64,000 bases of DNA from an uncultured Pseudomonadota bacterium (GCA_902793695.1 CADBEI010000010.1:15562-79561), one strand, 5' to 3'; shown: positions 1 to 11,298, counted from the stretch's first letter. Made by a program: numbers and translations. Notes: generated by a model from the sequence alone, not told the origin.

Positions 1-2010
1 GGATTGCACCGTTTTATCATTGTTTTCAGCGTAATGTGGTTTGCGATTGTGGCTGTGTATATTTCCAAATTTTTCGGTTGGGATAAGCTGTTTTCCATGT
101 TGCCGAACGAATTCAGCGGATTTATGGCCGGAATCACGTTGCCGCTCGCTATTGTGTGGGTAATTATGGCGTATATTGACCGCGGCAGTAACTTCAAAAA
201 CGAAACAAAAATGTTGCGTGATTCGCTTAATCAGGTGATTTTTCCGGATTCCAACGGTAACGAAGCCAGCAAATTGATTGCCGCCGCCATCAAAGAGCAA
301 GTTGCAGACCTCAAAGAAACAACTCGCGATGTGTGCGCGCAAAGCGATGTGATTAAGCGCGAACTGACGGACAGAGTAGCGGAAATGCGCTCGCTGACAG
401 AGGCACTTGATAAATATTCGTCGCAAACCCTGTTGGAACTCAATGACGAAATTAAAAAGCTGATAGAAAACTTTAATCTGGTGGCGGAAAAAGCATCGTC
501 CACCATGGCTGATTTCCGCGTAAACACAATGCAAATGCGTGAAGACGGTGAAAAAATCGTGGGTTTGTTGGCACCGATGGTCAACGAGATGGTAACCGCC
601 GCCGAGCGCGTTAAGGAAGTGGTTAACGTCAACAACGAAAACATCGCCAAAGCGCAAGAACAACTCAATCAATATTCCGAAACCAGCCAATCATCAATCA
701 GCAGAATGATTGAATCGTGGGCGGCCAAAGGCGAAAATTTGGAACAAACTTATTTGCGGGCTTCCGAAAATTGCGAAGAACTGTTCCGGCGTCTGGATTC
801 CGGTATTTCACACATTGAAAACAGTATAAAAGAACAAAAACAGGTAGTGGAAACCCAATCCGGTATGATTGATAAAAACTCGGCCTATCTCGATAACAAA
901 CTCGGCGAATACGGTCGCTTAATCAGTATGGAAGTGGCTGCGATGGTTGAGCGTTCCGGTACTTTGGAGCAAAATATTCAAGCTCAAATAAAAAGTATTA
1001 AGGAAACCTCGGACCAAGTGGCGGAAGCCTTCGGCTCGCTCGGCGATGAGGTGGCAGCAAAACGCAAGTTGTTGGAAAGCGAAAGTCTGCAAGTTGTCAA
1101 CAATATCAATATGACAGTCAATCGTTTGGGCGAAGAATTGAGTCGTTTGCAAGAATTTTACGGCGCAACTCAAAGCAAAAACAGCGAATTTAATCAGGTG
1201 TTTGCCGATGTGGCACATAATTTACACTCCATCAGCGATGACTTAAATAAAAATGTTGAGAACTTCAGCGCACAAACCGGCGATATTTTCATTAAATTTA
1301 ACGAAATCAACAACGAGGTCAGCAATAATATTACCAAGCTCAACGAGAGTGCCGACAACATCACAAAACAGAGCAAAACCAACTCCGAATTGCTTTTGGA
1401 ACAAGATACGTTCGTCAATAAATCCATGGACGGCTTAAAGCAGATTACCGGCAATATCGCCGCACTCAATAAAGAGTTGGTAAAAACCGGAACAGCCGTC
1501 GGCAACACACTCGGCAAATATGAAAACAAAATGAATGGTTTTGAAAAGCTTATCGGTACGCATTTGGATAATTTGCAGGCAGGCTATGAAAAAACCGAAA
1601 AACAGGTTGATACACTCAATAAAAAGCTCAAAGCGGCGAGTATCGATACCTTTATGCGTAATTCGGCCGATTTAATCAATGAGCTGGAAGCGATTTCCAT
1701 TGATATTAATGCCATATTCCATAAGGCCGATGAAGATTTATGGAAAAAATATTATGAAGGCGATCACGGCGTGTTTGTACGCTATTTATCCAAGAATATG
1801 ACCAAAAAACAAGTGGCGGCTATCCAAAATGATTATGCCGACAAGAGTGATTTCCGCATTTTGGCCGATAAATATATTGAAGATTTCAACACATTGGTGG
1901 CGGTGGCGCGAGAAAGCGAACGTGCCGGAACACTGCTCGCACTTATCTCCGGCTCCGATATAGGTAAGGTTTATTATATTTTGGCAAGAGCATTGGGCAA
2001 AGTAAGTTAA
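1..2010 (+). CDS. Coiled-coil membrane protein, 5'-partial. The ORF is open to the window edge. It has two N-proximal hydrophobic helices and then about 550 aa of heptad-rich coiled coil.
   Basis: A 668-aa ORF begins at nt 4 with TTG and no upstream stop. TM-like segments are FIIVFSVMWFAIVAVYI and GITLPLAIVWVIMAYI. Composition is strongly E/K/L/N/Q. The stop overlaps the dusB ATG (TAATG). Confidence 0.5.
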   Translation, partial: GLHRFIIVFSVMWFAIVAVYISKFFGWDKLFSMLPNEFSGFMAGITLPLAIVWVIMAYIDRGSNFKNETKMLRDSLNQVIFPDSNGNEASKLIAAAIKEQVADLKETTRDVCAQSDVIKRELTDRVAEMRSLTEALDKYSSQTLLELNDEIKKLIENFNLVAEKASSTMADFRVNTMQMREDGEKIVGLLAPMVNEMVTAAERVKEVVNVNNENIAKAQEQLNQYSETSQSSISRMIESWAAKGENLEQTYLRASENCEELFRRLDSGISHIENSIKEQKQVVETQSGMIDKNSAYLDNKLGEYGRLISMEVAAMVERSGTLEQNIQAQIKSIKETSDQVAEAFGSLGDEVAAKRKLLESESLQVVNNINMTVNRLGEELSRLQEFYGATQSKNSEFNQVFADVAHNLHSISDDLNKNVENFSAQTGDIFIKFNEINNEVSNNITKLNESADNITKQSKTNSELLLEQDTFVNKSMDGLKQITGNIAALNKELVKTGTAVGNTLGKYENKMNGFEKLIGTHLDNLQAGYEKTEKQVDTLNKKLKAASIDTFMRNSADLINELEAISIDINAIFHKADEDLWKKYYEGDHGVFVRYLSKNMTKKQVAAIQNDYADKSDFRILADKYIEDFNTLVAVARESERAGTLLALISGSDIGKVYYILARALGKVS

Positions 2011-2972
2011 TGGCGTTTTTGGGTTTTGACAGCAAGGTTTTTATGGCACCGATGGCCGGCATTACCGATGCACCGATGCGAACGGTTTTGGCATCGTGCG
2101 GCGGCGGCAATCTCATTTCCGAAATGGCGGCAATCAACGCTATTCAGCGCAAAAATCCCAAAAGTTGGCAAATAGCAAACGTAAAAAACGAACCATATCC
2201 GGTGGTAGTGCAACTGGTCGGCAACAGTCCGGATTTATTTGCCGATGCGGCTAAATTGGTGGCAGATTTGGGTGCTCATTCCATAGATATTAATATGGGC
2301 TGTCCGGTCAAAAAAATCATCAACAACGATTCCGGCTCAGCCTTGATGCTTGATTTACCGCGGGCGGCAAAAATTATTGAAGCAACAGTGAAAGCCACAC
2401 CGCTTAAAGTCAGTGTAAAATTCCGCAAAGGTTGGGATAGCGAACACGTTAATGCCGTCGAATTTGCAAAAATGTGTGAGCAAAGCGGTGCTTCTTACAT
2501 TACGGTACACGGGCGTACGCGGGCGCAGGGGTATAGCGGAGTTGCCGATTGGGAAATAATCGGTGCGGTTAAAAATGCGGTAAAAATTCCGGTTATCGGC
2601 AACGGCGATATCGATTCTCCGCAAAAAGCCGAGCAAATGCTGCAAAAATACGGGGTTGACGGAGTTATGGCAGGGCGTGCCGTTTTGGGGAATCCGTGGC
2701 TTTTAAATCGGATTCACCATTATTTACAAAGCGGTGAGATTCTTGCCGAGCCGAGTATTGCGCAAATTTGGGAAATGATGCTTAAGCACTTGCGGTTGTT
2801 GGTTGAATATTACGATGAGCGCGGCGGTATGGCAATTTCGCGCAAACATATCGGTTGGTATGTAAAAAGTTTGTATGACGCCAAAAGATTTCGCGAACAA
2901 TATACTAAACTGAACACTCTGCAAGAGGCAGAAGATTTAATCAATCAATATTTTTCGAGGGTACAGTCATGA
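2010..2972 (+). CDS. dusB: tRNA-dihydrouridine synthase (Dus family, DusB-like)
   Basis: 320 aa. MAPMAGITD, VQLVGN, DINMGCP and HGRTR motifs typical of the Dus FMN-binding TIM barrel. Confidence 0.85.
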   Translation: MAFLGFDSKVFMAPMAGITDAPMRTVLASCGGGNLISEMAAINAIQRKNPKSWQIANVKNEPYPVVVQLVGNSPDLFADAAKLVADLGAHSIDINMGCPVKKIINNDSGSALMLDLPRAAKIIEATVKATPLKVSVKFRKGWDSEHVNAVEFAKMCEQSGASYITVHGRTRAQGYSGVADWEIIGAVKNAVKIPVIGNGDIDSPQKAEQMLQKYGVDGVMAGRAVLGNPWLLNRIHHYLQSGEILAEPSIAQIWEMMLKHLRLLVEYYDERGGMAISRKHIGWYVKSLYDAKRFREQYTKLNTLQEAEDLINQYFSRVQS

Positions 2973-4339
2973 AAATCGTAGTCGGAGGCGCCGGCGGCGT
3001 CGGAAAAAGCATTGTCGGATATTTAAGCTTGGGTAATAACGATATTATTGTTGTGGACGAGAATCCGGAAAATCTGAACGAGGTGGCAAAGGAATATGAC
3101 GTGCAACCGGTTTTGGGTTCAATTTCGCGGCCGGATATTCAGGAAAATATCGGTATGAAAAATATAGATATGCTGATTGCCGTAACCGAAAGTGATGAAA
3201 TAAATATGGTAGCGTGTCAGGTAGCTTATTCCTTGTTTAACGTACCGCGCAAAATTGCCCGCGTTGATTCCGAATATTTTTTAAATCCGCTGTGGAACAC
3301 GCTTTATAACGAAAAAAGCCTGCCGATTGATTTAATTATTACGCCGGATATCGAAATCGCTAAGTTTATTGATGGTTTACTTAATTTTCCGGGAAGTACC
3401 GGTGTTTTTCCGTTTTTAAACGATACGGTAAACATTTTTTCTTTTAGGCTGCAAACCACGGAATTCCCGTTTATTAAATTTTCGCTTAATCACATAAATC
3501 AAAAGCTTCACGAACTGTCGGCGCGCATTGTGTTGATTATGCGCGGCAATCGTCGGATTTTACCGAGCAGCGGTGAAGATATCCGTTTGCAACGCAACGA
3601 TATTATTTATATCAGCTGCTTTTCGGAGCAAAACACCGAGATTATGCGTTTGTTCGGGGTAGATCATAATCCGTATGAAAAAATCGTTATCTTCGGCGGT
3701 AATACAATTTCGTATTATTTAGCCACGCAAATAGAAAAAAACGATAATATTACCAACTGTCGCATTATCGAAGACGACACGCAAGTAGCAGCAAAACTGG
3801 CTGAAAAATTGAACTCGACGGCGGTTATAACCGGAGAAATGATGAGTGATGTTATTTTGCAGGATGCCGGATTTGCCTCCGCCGATGTCAGTATCGCCGT
3901 TACCGAGCACGATAAGGATAATATGTTGTTGGCGCTTTTGGCTTCACGCAATAAAGATACACAAGCAATTTCTCTGGTCAACTCCAAAGATTACAACTTA
4001 TTATCAGCAAACTTGCGCGACAATGTTATAATCGATCGTTCGGTCATCACTATTTCGGCTATTTTGAAGTATTTGCGCAAAGCACGAATCCGTGAAGCTT
4101 ATTCCATCGGCAAAGGAATGGGTGAGATTTGGGAAATCAGGCTCGGCGAAGACAGTATTAACCTAGGAAAAAGCGTTTCCGAACTGAAAATCCCAAGTAA
4201 CAGCGAGGTTATATTGATTGCCCGCGATGGTGAATTAATTTACGACTTTACGGGTATCCGTCTGCAACCTGATGATAAACTTCTGGTTTATGTAACACCG
4301 GACAATATTCGCCGCATTGAGCAAATTTTTTATCTGTAA
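2969..4339 (+). CDS. trkA: Trk potassium-uptake regulatory protein TrkA (two RCK N and C domain pairs)
   Basis: 456 aa. N-terminal Rossmann GxGxxG (MKIVVGGAGGVGKS) and a second copy (IVIFGGNTISYYLA). Length and architecture match TrkA. ATGA overlap with dusB. Confidence 0.85.
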   Translation: MKIVVGGAGGVGKSIVGYLSLGNNDIIVVDENPENLNEVAKEYDVQPVLGSISRPDIQENIGMKNIDMLIAVTESDEINMVACQVAYSLFNVPRKIARVDSEYFLNPLWNTLYNEKSLPIDLIITPDIEIAKFIDGLLNFPGSTGVFPFLNDTVNIFSFRLQTTEFPFIKFSLNHINQKLHELSARIVLIMRGNRRILPSSGEDIRLQRNDIIYISCFSEQNTEIMRLFGVDHNPYEKIVIFGGNTISYYLATQIEKNDNITNCRIIEDDTQVAAKLAEKLNSTAVITGEMMSDVILQDAGFASADVSIAVTEHDKDNMLLALLASRNKDTQAISLVNSKDYNLLSANLRDNVIIDRSVITISAILKYLRKARIREAYSIGKGMGEIWEIRLGEDSINLGKSVSELKIPSNSEVILIARDGELIYDFTGIRLQPDDKLLVYVTPDNIRRIEQIFYL

Positions 4340-4485
4340 TAACAAAAGTATTGTTATAAAAGGTGGTTTTGTGGCAAAAACGCCTTTTTTTACGGGTTAA
4401 CGGCTTTTTATAACGATGTTTACCAAAACTTAAATTTTAGCGAATATACTGTGTTGGTAGTACTACAAGGAAAGGATTTTTTGCG

Positions 4486-7400
4486 GTGTTTAAAAACACG
4501 TTATTTTCAAAAGCAGTGGGAGTTTTAACGCTTTATGCGTTTTCATCCGCATTGATGCCGCATTCCGCTCGTGCCGAGAGAGGATTGGCGCCGATTTCTT
4601 TTGATGAAATGTATTCTTTGGCTCAAAATGGCGAAGTTGAAGCACTGCGCGCATCCAATTATCGCGGATTAAACATTGACAGCGTAAATTCAAATGGCGA
4701 TACAGGTTTGTGTATTGCCGCCAGAAGACACGATGTATATACTTACAATTCTTTCCGTGCGGCCGGTGCAAATCCGCGGCATCCGTGCACACAAAAAATA
4801 TCTGATTACAATGATTTTCTGGAAAAAAGCAACGTTGTCGGTTTGAACGGCACGTCGCGTGAAGCTCTGTCTGCCATGGGCAATAAGGAAACATATAAAG
4901 TTGGTTCCGGCTTATGGTGGTTATTGGGTGGTGCAGTCGTAGCCGGCGGTGCGCTTTGGCTTATATTGAGTCATCATCATCACGGTGGAGACGATGACAA
5001 CGGCGGCGGTGGCGGCGGCAGTGTTGACCCTAATTACAACAGTTTGGGCGCCAATGCATTTTCGCACGGCGGCGCTTTATATACGGTTTACGGGGATTCC
5101 GGTTCCGCCAAAAATAAGTCAAACCTAAGTTACAACAATTCTTCCATGGAAAATCTCAATACCATCGACTTGCGGCAAAATGCTTTAAAAAATACCGACC
5201 ACATAAAATCGATATTATATGCCGGCGATGGTGCAACATATGTTAATAATGTCGATACTTTGCTCGATGTCGGTGTGGGAACCATCGGTATGAATGCCGT
5301 AAAAAAGAGCAATATAAATAACGACGGCTATATAAAAGTTGACAGTATTAATGCCAGTGTCGGTATGGTTGCAAGTGAAGGTTCTATGGCAGAAAATCAC
5401 GGTGCCGGCATCATTAAAGGGGTTGCGAATCCGAACGGTATCAATATGAACTTTTCGGGATATTCCGAAAATGCCAGTATTGTCGGTATGTACGCCGATA
5501 CAAAATCAAACATCGCTAATTATGGTGATATTTACGGTAAAGCTATTAAATCATCCCAAAAAAACAATTCCGACACTTCAACCCAAAGCTCCGATAGTCT
5601 GTCTACCGCAGCCGATGATGATTCGGGAGAAAAACCGATAAATACAACCTCCAGTATCGGTACTCTTATCGGTATGGAAGCAATGATTTTGAACGTCGGC
5701 AACAATCTTTACAGTGATAAAATAACCGTAATCAATGCCGCAAACGGAAATATTTATCTTTCGGCAGGCGACAGCGGCACAACCGAAGATACAATCAGCG
5801 TCGGACTTATTGGTATTGGCAGTTATTTGGATGATGCTTTTCTGAACGGTTCGTATATTTTAAGCCGTGCCGAAAAAGTCATTCTTCTTAACGAAGGTAA
5901 TATTAATATCAGCTATTCCGGTAATTATGCCGCTTCGACAAGTACGGCTTTGCGCAAAGGTTTAGGCGGTATCATCGGAATTCGTGCCGATGCCAATACC
6001 GAAGCCGAAAACAAAGGTAAAATCAAAATTACTTTACAAGATGAGTTTCAAACCGAAGGAGTCAATGTGGCGGCCGGTATGCAATCGATTCACGGTAGCG
6101 ACTTGACCAACAGCGGCGAAATCACTATTTTTACTCCGTCGTCAAATAAACGTATTAATTATGGTATGTTGGCGGTTGAAGGTTCCGGTAACAATTCAAG
6201 TCTTTATGCCAATCTTCATCCGATACTGAAAAATACCGGAACCGTCAGTACTCAGGTCAGTAACAGCTATGGTATGGCATCATTTGTCGGTGGTGAAGTT
6301 ATTAATGAAGGACGTATTGTTATCGGCGATAAGGAAACTCGTTTTAACACAAACATTGCAATGTACGGTTACGGTAATATGGAAAAAGCCGTTTTAAAAA
6401 ATACCGGCACCATTGATTTATATACGTACAATTCGGTTGCAATGCAAAACGATTATGCCGGCGGCACATCCATAACCAACGACGGTACCATAAATATTTA
6501 TGAAAGCGCGGTTGATTCTTATGTTTTCGGCGGTGCATACAGTAATTTATATAACAACGGCACTATCGAATATTATGCCACCTCAAGCAAGCAGGATAGT
6601 CCTGCCGGTATCGGTACAAACTACAATCCTTTCGTAAATTATGTTATTTCCGTGGGTACTTCAATTATGAGCAGTAAAGCCCGCTCAATCAAAGAAGATG
6701 CCATTGATTATAAATCTTCCACCACCGAAGCTCTTTACAACAACGAGAATCACAGCATCACCATGCACGGTTCGTCATTTGTTGCGGCAATGGTGGTAGA
6801 AAAAAACGATAATGCGGAAAGTACACAAGCCAAGGCTTATAACAACGGTACCATTACCATTGAGGACAGAGATACTTATAATGCAACCAATGCCGTCGGT
6901 ATGTATATCGGAATAGGCTCATTAAACAATGCCGGCATATATAATAATTCGATAATTACCACAAACTCGCGTTTTTCGGCGGCAATGGCCAGCAGTTCAA
7001 TCAAAAATGCCGATGTAATCAACAGCGGAACAATTACTACCAAAAAAGAATATTCTTTGGGGATGTATATTTCAGATGTCAGTAACGCCATCAACAATAA
7101 ATATATCAATATCGGCAACTCCAACAGTGTCGGTATACAAGCAGGTTGCTCCTCCAAAGGTCAGTCGTCCGATTATGTGTATACATACATAACCAATGCC
7201 GAAAACGGTATAATAACCGTGGGTGGCCTTTTGGAAGAAGAACATGCCGAAAACAGTTTCGGTATTTATGCCGATCGTGTGGCAAAAGAATCTTCGACCA
7301 ACTTGGCGTCACAAATCAAAAATGACGGCAGTATCTTTTTATATACCAGAAATGCCGGTGCGGGAATTTATTCAAACAGCGATAAATCAAAAATTACCAA

Positions 7401-10400
7401 TAACCGTTTAATCAAGGTGTTCGGAAATGATGCTTACGGAATATATGTTTCCGATGTTGATTCAACGATTATTAACAGCAAAAATGCCGTCATTGACGTC
7501 GGCACCGAAGATAATAAAGTAACAAACAGTTATGCCATTCATCACGAAGGCCAAGGTGAAGTATCTCATTACGGCACCATAAATATGTATACCGAAGGTA
7601 ATTCCGTTGCCATTGATTCCACCGGTACGGCTCATATTATTAACGGAGGCGAAATCAATCTGACGAGCGAAAATTTGACAGCTATTCGAGCTACCGGCGG
7701 TATAGTAACCAACAAAGCCGATATTCAGTTATCACATCATAACAACACGGGGATTGAATTATCCGGCGATGCCGAACTTGTTAACGAAGAAGGTGTGGAA
7801 ATTAATGTCGGCAGCAACGAAAATCCTCTCAATGACAGCAACGGTGTAAAAACGGTTGCCGGAAATACCGTCAATATCACCAATAACGGAATCATTAATT
7901 TATACAACAAAAATAACAGTTATGCCGTTTTAGCCGACGGAAATGTCAATATATACAATACCCGCACCGGAGAAATTATCTCACATACCAATAATTCCAC
8001 CGCCATTTCGGCCACAGGCGAAGTTTATTTGAATAATGCCGGAAACATTATTGTACCGGGTGATGATGCTTATGGTATAAAGGGTGGCACAACAAGCGTC
8101 ATAAATGTTGATAACAGCGGCAGTTTTTCAATCGGCGGCGGTACGTTTGCTCTGGAAAAAGAAAGAGGTGCGGCTGTTTATGCTCCGACTATAGGAGATA
8201 TCAATAACAGCGGAAGTATTATTTTTTATAACAGCAGCGGTTATGGTATTTATGCCGATGCCGGAAATTCGATTTTCAACAGCGGATTGATAGAAGTCAA
8301 ACTCGACAACAATGTGGGTATTTACGGCGGTGCGGTTAGTTCGATCAGCAACAGCGGAACTGTTAAAACAACCGAAAACTCCGAAAACAGTAAAGGTATA
8401 GAAACCTCCGACAGCGATACAAATATAACCAACAGCGGTACCATAAATATTGTTAACGGTAACAACAGTTACGGTATTTATTCCATGGGTAGCGGAACCA
8501 TAAACAACACCTCGGGAGCAACAATAAAAATCAGCAATGAAGACCGAAAAGACGAGTCCGGTAATTATACCGACGAGGTCGGCAACGGTATTTTTGCTCC
8601 TAACTCAAGCAGTGTAAATAACGGCGGAAGAATCGAATTATACGCTTCACGCGGCGGTGCGATTACCGGTAACGGTACAATTACCAATTCAGGATTTATC
8701 GGTGCTTATTCCACAGATAATTTCGGTATCTCATCTTCCGGCAGTGCCGAAGTACGAAATTTGGGCACCATCGCCATTGTCAACGGTTTCGGTATTTCAA
8801 CTTTGGGTAATGTCATTAATGATTCCAGCGGAACCATTAATACTCCTAACGGTATCTCGGTGAAAAATGCCGCATCATTGACCAACTCCGGCTCCATAAA
8901 TGCGGTTTCGTCGTCGGCTGCCGTTGTTGATGTTAAAACAATTACCAATAATCAGGATGGTTTAATAGAAAACACCCATACCAACGGTTATGCCATTATG
9001 AATGCCACAAACATTACCAACTACGGCAACATAAGAAGTATAGAAACCGCCATTCAAACCGCCACATCGCTTACCAACTCCGGAACTGTCGAAAATTCGT
9101 CAGCATCTGCTACATTATCTAATGTCGGTACAATAACCAACACTTCCAACGGAGTAATCATAAACAGAAACACCAACGGCGGTTATGCAGTTCAAAATGC
9201 TACCGCGGTAACAAATTTCGGAACTATACAAAGTCATGATACTGCCGTGTTAAAAGCCAACTCTTTGGAAAACTCCGGTCTTATTACTTCCGAATCCGGA
9301 TTGGCAACTGTTAATAATGTAGATTCGGTTACCAACAACACCAGCGGTGTTATTAAAAATACCAACAGTCTTGACGGTTATGCCGTTTGGAACGCGCATA
9401 CGGTTATTAATAACGGCACAATAGAAAGCCTTAAAAAAGCTGCGGTCTACTACAATATTTCCGGTGCTTTCAATGTGGAAAATTATGGTGTTATGCGCGG
9501 AGCCGGATATGGTATTTATGCCGATTTATCAAATGCAAGTTCTGCCTCAATATTCAATAAAGGTTCTATTTCGGCAACCGGTTCCAATTCTCATGGTATT
9601 CACGTTTATGTTCCGAATAACACTGTATCGGTATCCATCGTAAATGACGGTAACATAAATGCAACCATCGGCATCTATGTGCATAAAAATTATCACTTTG
9701 TTCCGGTGTATGATGAGGAAGGTAAAATCACCGGTTATAATCCGAAAAAAGACGGCACTGTTGTTACACAAGGCAACACCGATGTTGTATATTATTGCGG
9801 CGGCGGAAGCAATATTTGCGTGCTTCCGGATGTTCCGACCACAACTTCCGACGGTGATCCGGTTGCACCGGTTTTTGCCTCTTCGCTGATTGCCTCAGAT
9901 GCACCTTTATCTTTGGGTAACATCAGACTGGTCAATCGCGGTGTGATTTCTACTTCCGGTAATGTGGATTTTGGTTCACAAAGCGAAGGAGAGGCACAAA
10001 TATCCATCGGTTCGGGCGGTTCTTATCAAGCCGAATCGTTTACCGGTACCATTCAAGCCGATGCCGATATTGTGGAAGGCGGTTTTGAGACAACTTATGT
10101 CAATGAAAACTCTTTTGTCGGCGAAAATAACGGAATTGATGTGGTATCGCAATCGTATATGTTTGAGGCTTCTACCCAAGAAAATGAAGACGGTAACACC
10201 GATGTCGTAATGACTATGAAACCTTTTACGGACGTTGTTGACGACAGCGGTATATCCGAATACTTATCACGCAACTATCAACAGCAAAACAGCGAAGAAG
10301 TATTTAATATCTTAAAATCTGCAGCCGACAAACAAAACTTTACATCTTATCTGAATAAAGAACTCGGCCTTGATTTTGTTCCGAATCTTCTCAAACAGAG

Positions 10401-11262
10401 TTTTGATAATGAACGCAATATTTCTACACAAATCAATGATAACTTGTTGGATTTGCAAGACAATAATGCTCGTAATATTATCAATTTGACCATTTATAAT
10501 AATGATGTCAAATCCAAAGATGCCACCGTCGGATATAAAGAAAAAGTGATGGCTGTTCACGGTTTCAGCGACAGGGTAATCAGTGATAATCTGCGTGCCG
10601 GTCTGGGCTTGAGTGCGGCTCGTGCCGACAGTGATTATGACAACAATTCATCGCGCTACAATAATACGGTTTCCGTTTTTGTACCGGTTATTTTTGATAA
10701 AGATTATCTTACCGCTTTGATTAAACCGAAAATAGGAATGTCGAGAGGTCATTATCGTCGCGAAGGTATGAGCAATATTTATAAGGCAGATACCAAAGAA
10801 TATTTCTATGGTGTCGATATGGCGGCAAACAAGAAGATATCTTTTGATTCTTTCAATATCACACCGCTTGCGGGAATGGATATAACCGAATTGCATACCG
10901 GTAATATCAATGAAGGAAACGGCGGTTTGAAAATCAGCAAAGAAAATACTTTGTCTGCTCGTTCCGTATTAGGTATTGATGTCGATAAGAAGATTGCATT
11001 GAACGACCACTCCGATATTATACTTGCGTCCGGTGCCAAATATTTCCACGAATTTGGCGAAAGATACAAAAATTATGCGCAGTTGGAAGATACTTCGGGA
11101 TATTTCCGCATTGACAACAATCGTTTTAATCGCGATTTCGGATTGATTAAATTCAAAGCAGGATATAATTGGAAAGAGATGAATCTCGATGCTGCAGTAA
11201 TTTTACCGATTGAGCACAAACATAATCCGTATTATATGTTTAATGCAAAATATAACTTCTAA
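4486..11262 (+). CDS. Giant (2258 aa) autotransporter-like surface protein. It has a Sec signal, an ankyrin-like N-terminal module, an internal hydrophobic segment plus His4/Gly6 linker, a long Gly/Asn/Ser/Thr beta-helical repeat passenger, and a C-terminal beta-barrel-like domain ending in aromatic F.
   Basis: GTG start with RBS aaggaaagga. Signal peptide MFKNTLFSKAVGVLTLYAFSSALMPHSARA. Ankyrin-like NGDTGLCIAARRHD. Tandem ~60-aa repeats of the form TNSG...NGYA(V)xNAT...N(F/Y)G(T/N)I. The C-terminus ends ...MFNAKYNF, followed by a rho-independent terminator. Confidence 0.75.
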   Translation: MFKNTLFSKAVGVLTLYAFSSALMPHSARAERGLAPISFDEMYSLAQNGEVEALRASNYRGLNIDSVNSNGDTGLCIAARRHDVYTYNSFRAAGANPRHPCTQKISDYNDFLEKSNVVGLNGTSREALSAMGNKETYKVGSGLWWLLGGAVVAGGALWLILSHHHHGGDDDNGGGGGGSVDPNYNSLGANAFSHGGALYTVYGDSGSAKNKSNLSYNNSSMENLNTIDLRQNALKNTDHIKSILYAGDGATYVNNVDTLLDVGVGTIGMNAVKKSNINNDGYIKVDSINASVGMVASEGSMAENHGAGIIKGVANPNGINMNFSGYSENASIVGMYADTKSNIANYGDIYGKAIKSSQKNNSDTSTQSSDSLSTAADDDSGEKPINTTSSIGTLIGMEAMILNVGNNLYSDKITVINAANGNIYLSAGDSGTTEDTISVGLIGIGSYLDDAFLNGSYILSRAEKVILLNEGNINISYSGNYAASTSTALRKGLGGIIGIRADANTEAENKGKIKITLQDEFQTEGVNVAAGMQSIHGSDLTNSGEITIFTPSSNKRINYGMLAVEGSGNNSSLYANLHPILKNTGTVSTQVSNSYGMASFVGGEVINEGRIVIGDKETRFNTNIAMYGYGNMEKAVLKNTGTIDLYTYNSVAMQNDYAGGTSITNDGTINIYESAVDSYVFGGAYSNLYNNGTIEYYATSSKQDSPAGIGTNYNPFVNYVISVGTSIMSSKARSIKEDAIDYKSSTTEALYNNENHSITMHGSSFVAAMVVEKNDNAESTQAKAYNNGTITIEDRDTYNATNAVGMYIGIGSLNNAGIYNNSIITTNSRFSAAMASSSIKNADVINSGTITTKKEYSLGMYISDVSNAINNKYINIGNSNSVGIQAGCSSKGQSSDYVYTYITNAENGIITVGGLLEEEHAENSFGIYADRVAKESSTNLASQIKNDGSIFLYTRNAGAGIYSNSDKSKITNNRLIKVFGNDAYGIYVSDVDSTIINSKNAVIDVGTEDNKVTNSYAIHHEGQGEVSHYGTINMYTEGNSVAIDSTGTAHIINGGEINLTSENLTAIRATGGIVTNKADIQLSHHNNTGIELSGDAELVNEEGVEINVGSNENPLNDSNGVKTVAGNTVNITNNGIINLYNKNNSYAVLADGNVNIYNTRTGEIISHTNNSTAISATGEVYLNNAGNIIVPGDDAYGIKGGTTSVINVDNSGSFSIGGGTFALEKERGAAVYAPTIGDINNSGSIIFYNSSGYGIYADAGNSIFNSGLIEVKLDNNVGIYGGAVSSISNSGTVKTTENSENSKGIETSDSDTNITNSGTINIVNGNNSYGIYSMGSGTINNTSGATIKISNEDRKDESGNYTDEVGNGIFAPNSSSVNNGGRIELYASRGGAITGNGTITNSGFIGAYSTDNFGISSSGSAEVRNLGTIAIVNGFGISTLGNVINDSSGTINTPNGISVKNAASLTNSGSINAVSSSAAVVDVKTITNNQDGLIENTHTNGYAIMNATNITNYGNIRSIETAIQTATSLTNSGTVENSSASATLSNVGTITNTSNGVIINRNTNGGYAVQNATAVTNFGTIQSHDTAVLKANSLENSGLITSESGLATVNNVDSVTNNTSGVIKNTNSLDGYAVWNAHTVINNGTIESLKKAAVYYNISGAFNVENYGVMRGAGYGIYADLSNASSASIFNKGSISATGSNSHGIHVYVPNNTVSVSIVNDGNINATIGIYVHKNYHFVPVYDEEGKITGYNPKKDGTVVTQGNTDVVYYCGGGSNICVLPDVPTTTSDGDPVAPVFASSLIASDAPLSLGNIRLVNRGVISTSGNVDFGSQSEGEAQISIGSGGSYQAESFTGTIQADADIVEGGFETTYVNENSFVGENNGIDVVSQSYMFEASTQENEDGNTDVVMTMKPFTDVVDDSGISEYLSRNYQQQNSEEVFNILKSAADKQNFTSYLNKELGLDFVPNLLKQSFDNERNISTQINDNLLDLQDNNARNIINLTIYNNDVKSKDATVGYKEKVMAVHGFSDRVISDNLRAGLGLSAARADSDYDNNSSRYNNTVSVFVPVIFDKDYLTALIKPKIGMSRGHYRREGMSNIYKADTKEYFYGVDMAANKKISFDSFNITPLAGMDITELHTGNINEGNGGLKISKENTLSARSVLGIDVDKKIALNDHSDIILASGAKYFHEFGERYKNYAQLEDTSGYFRIDNNRFNRDFGLIKFKAGYNWKEMNLDAAVILPIEHKHNPYYMFNAKYNF

Positions 11263-11269
11263 AAAACAA

Positions 11270-11298
11270 AAAACCTCCTTTTACGGAGGTTTTTTTTG
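11270..11298 (+). terminator. Rho-independent terminator of the giant surface-protein gene
   Basis: Hairpin cctcc-ttttac-ggagg followed by T8. Its 3' T-run abuts the 3' end of the convergent tRNA-Leu. Confidence 0.6.

Noticed and set aside
231-1529. Several 99-145 aa minus-strand ORFs
   Set aside because: They are antisense to the coiled-coil gene. Low-complexity heptad coding generates long open reverse frames.
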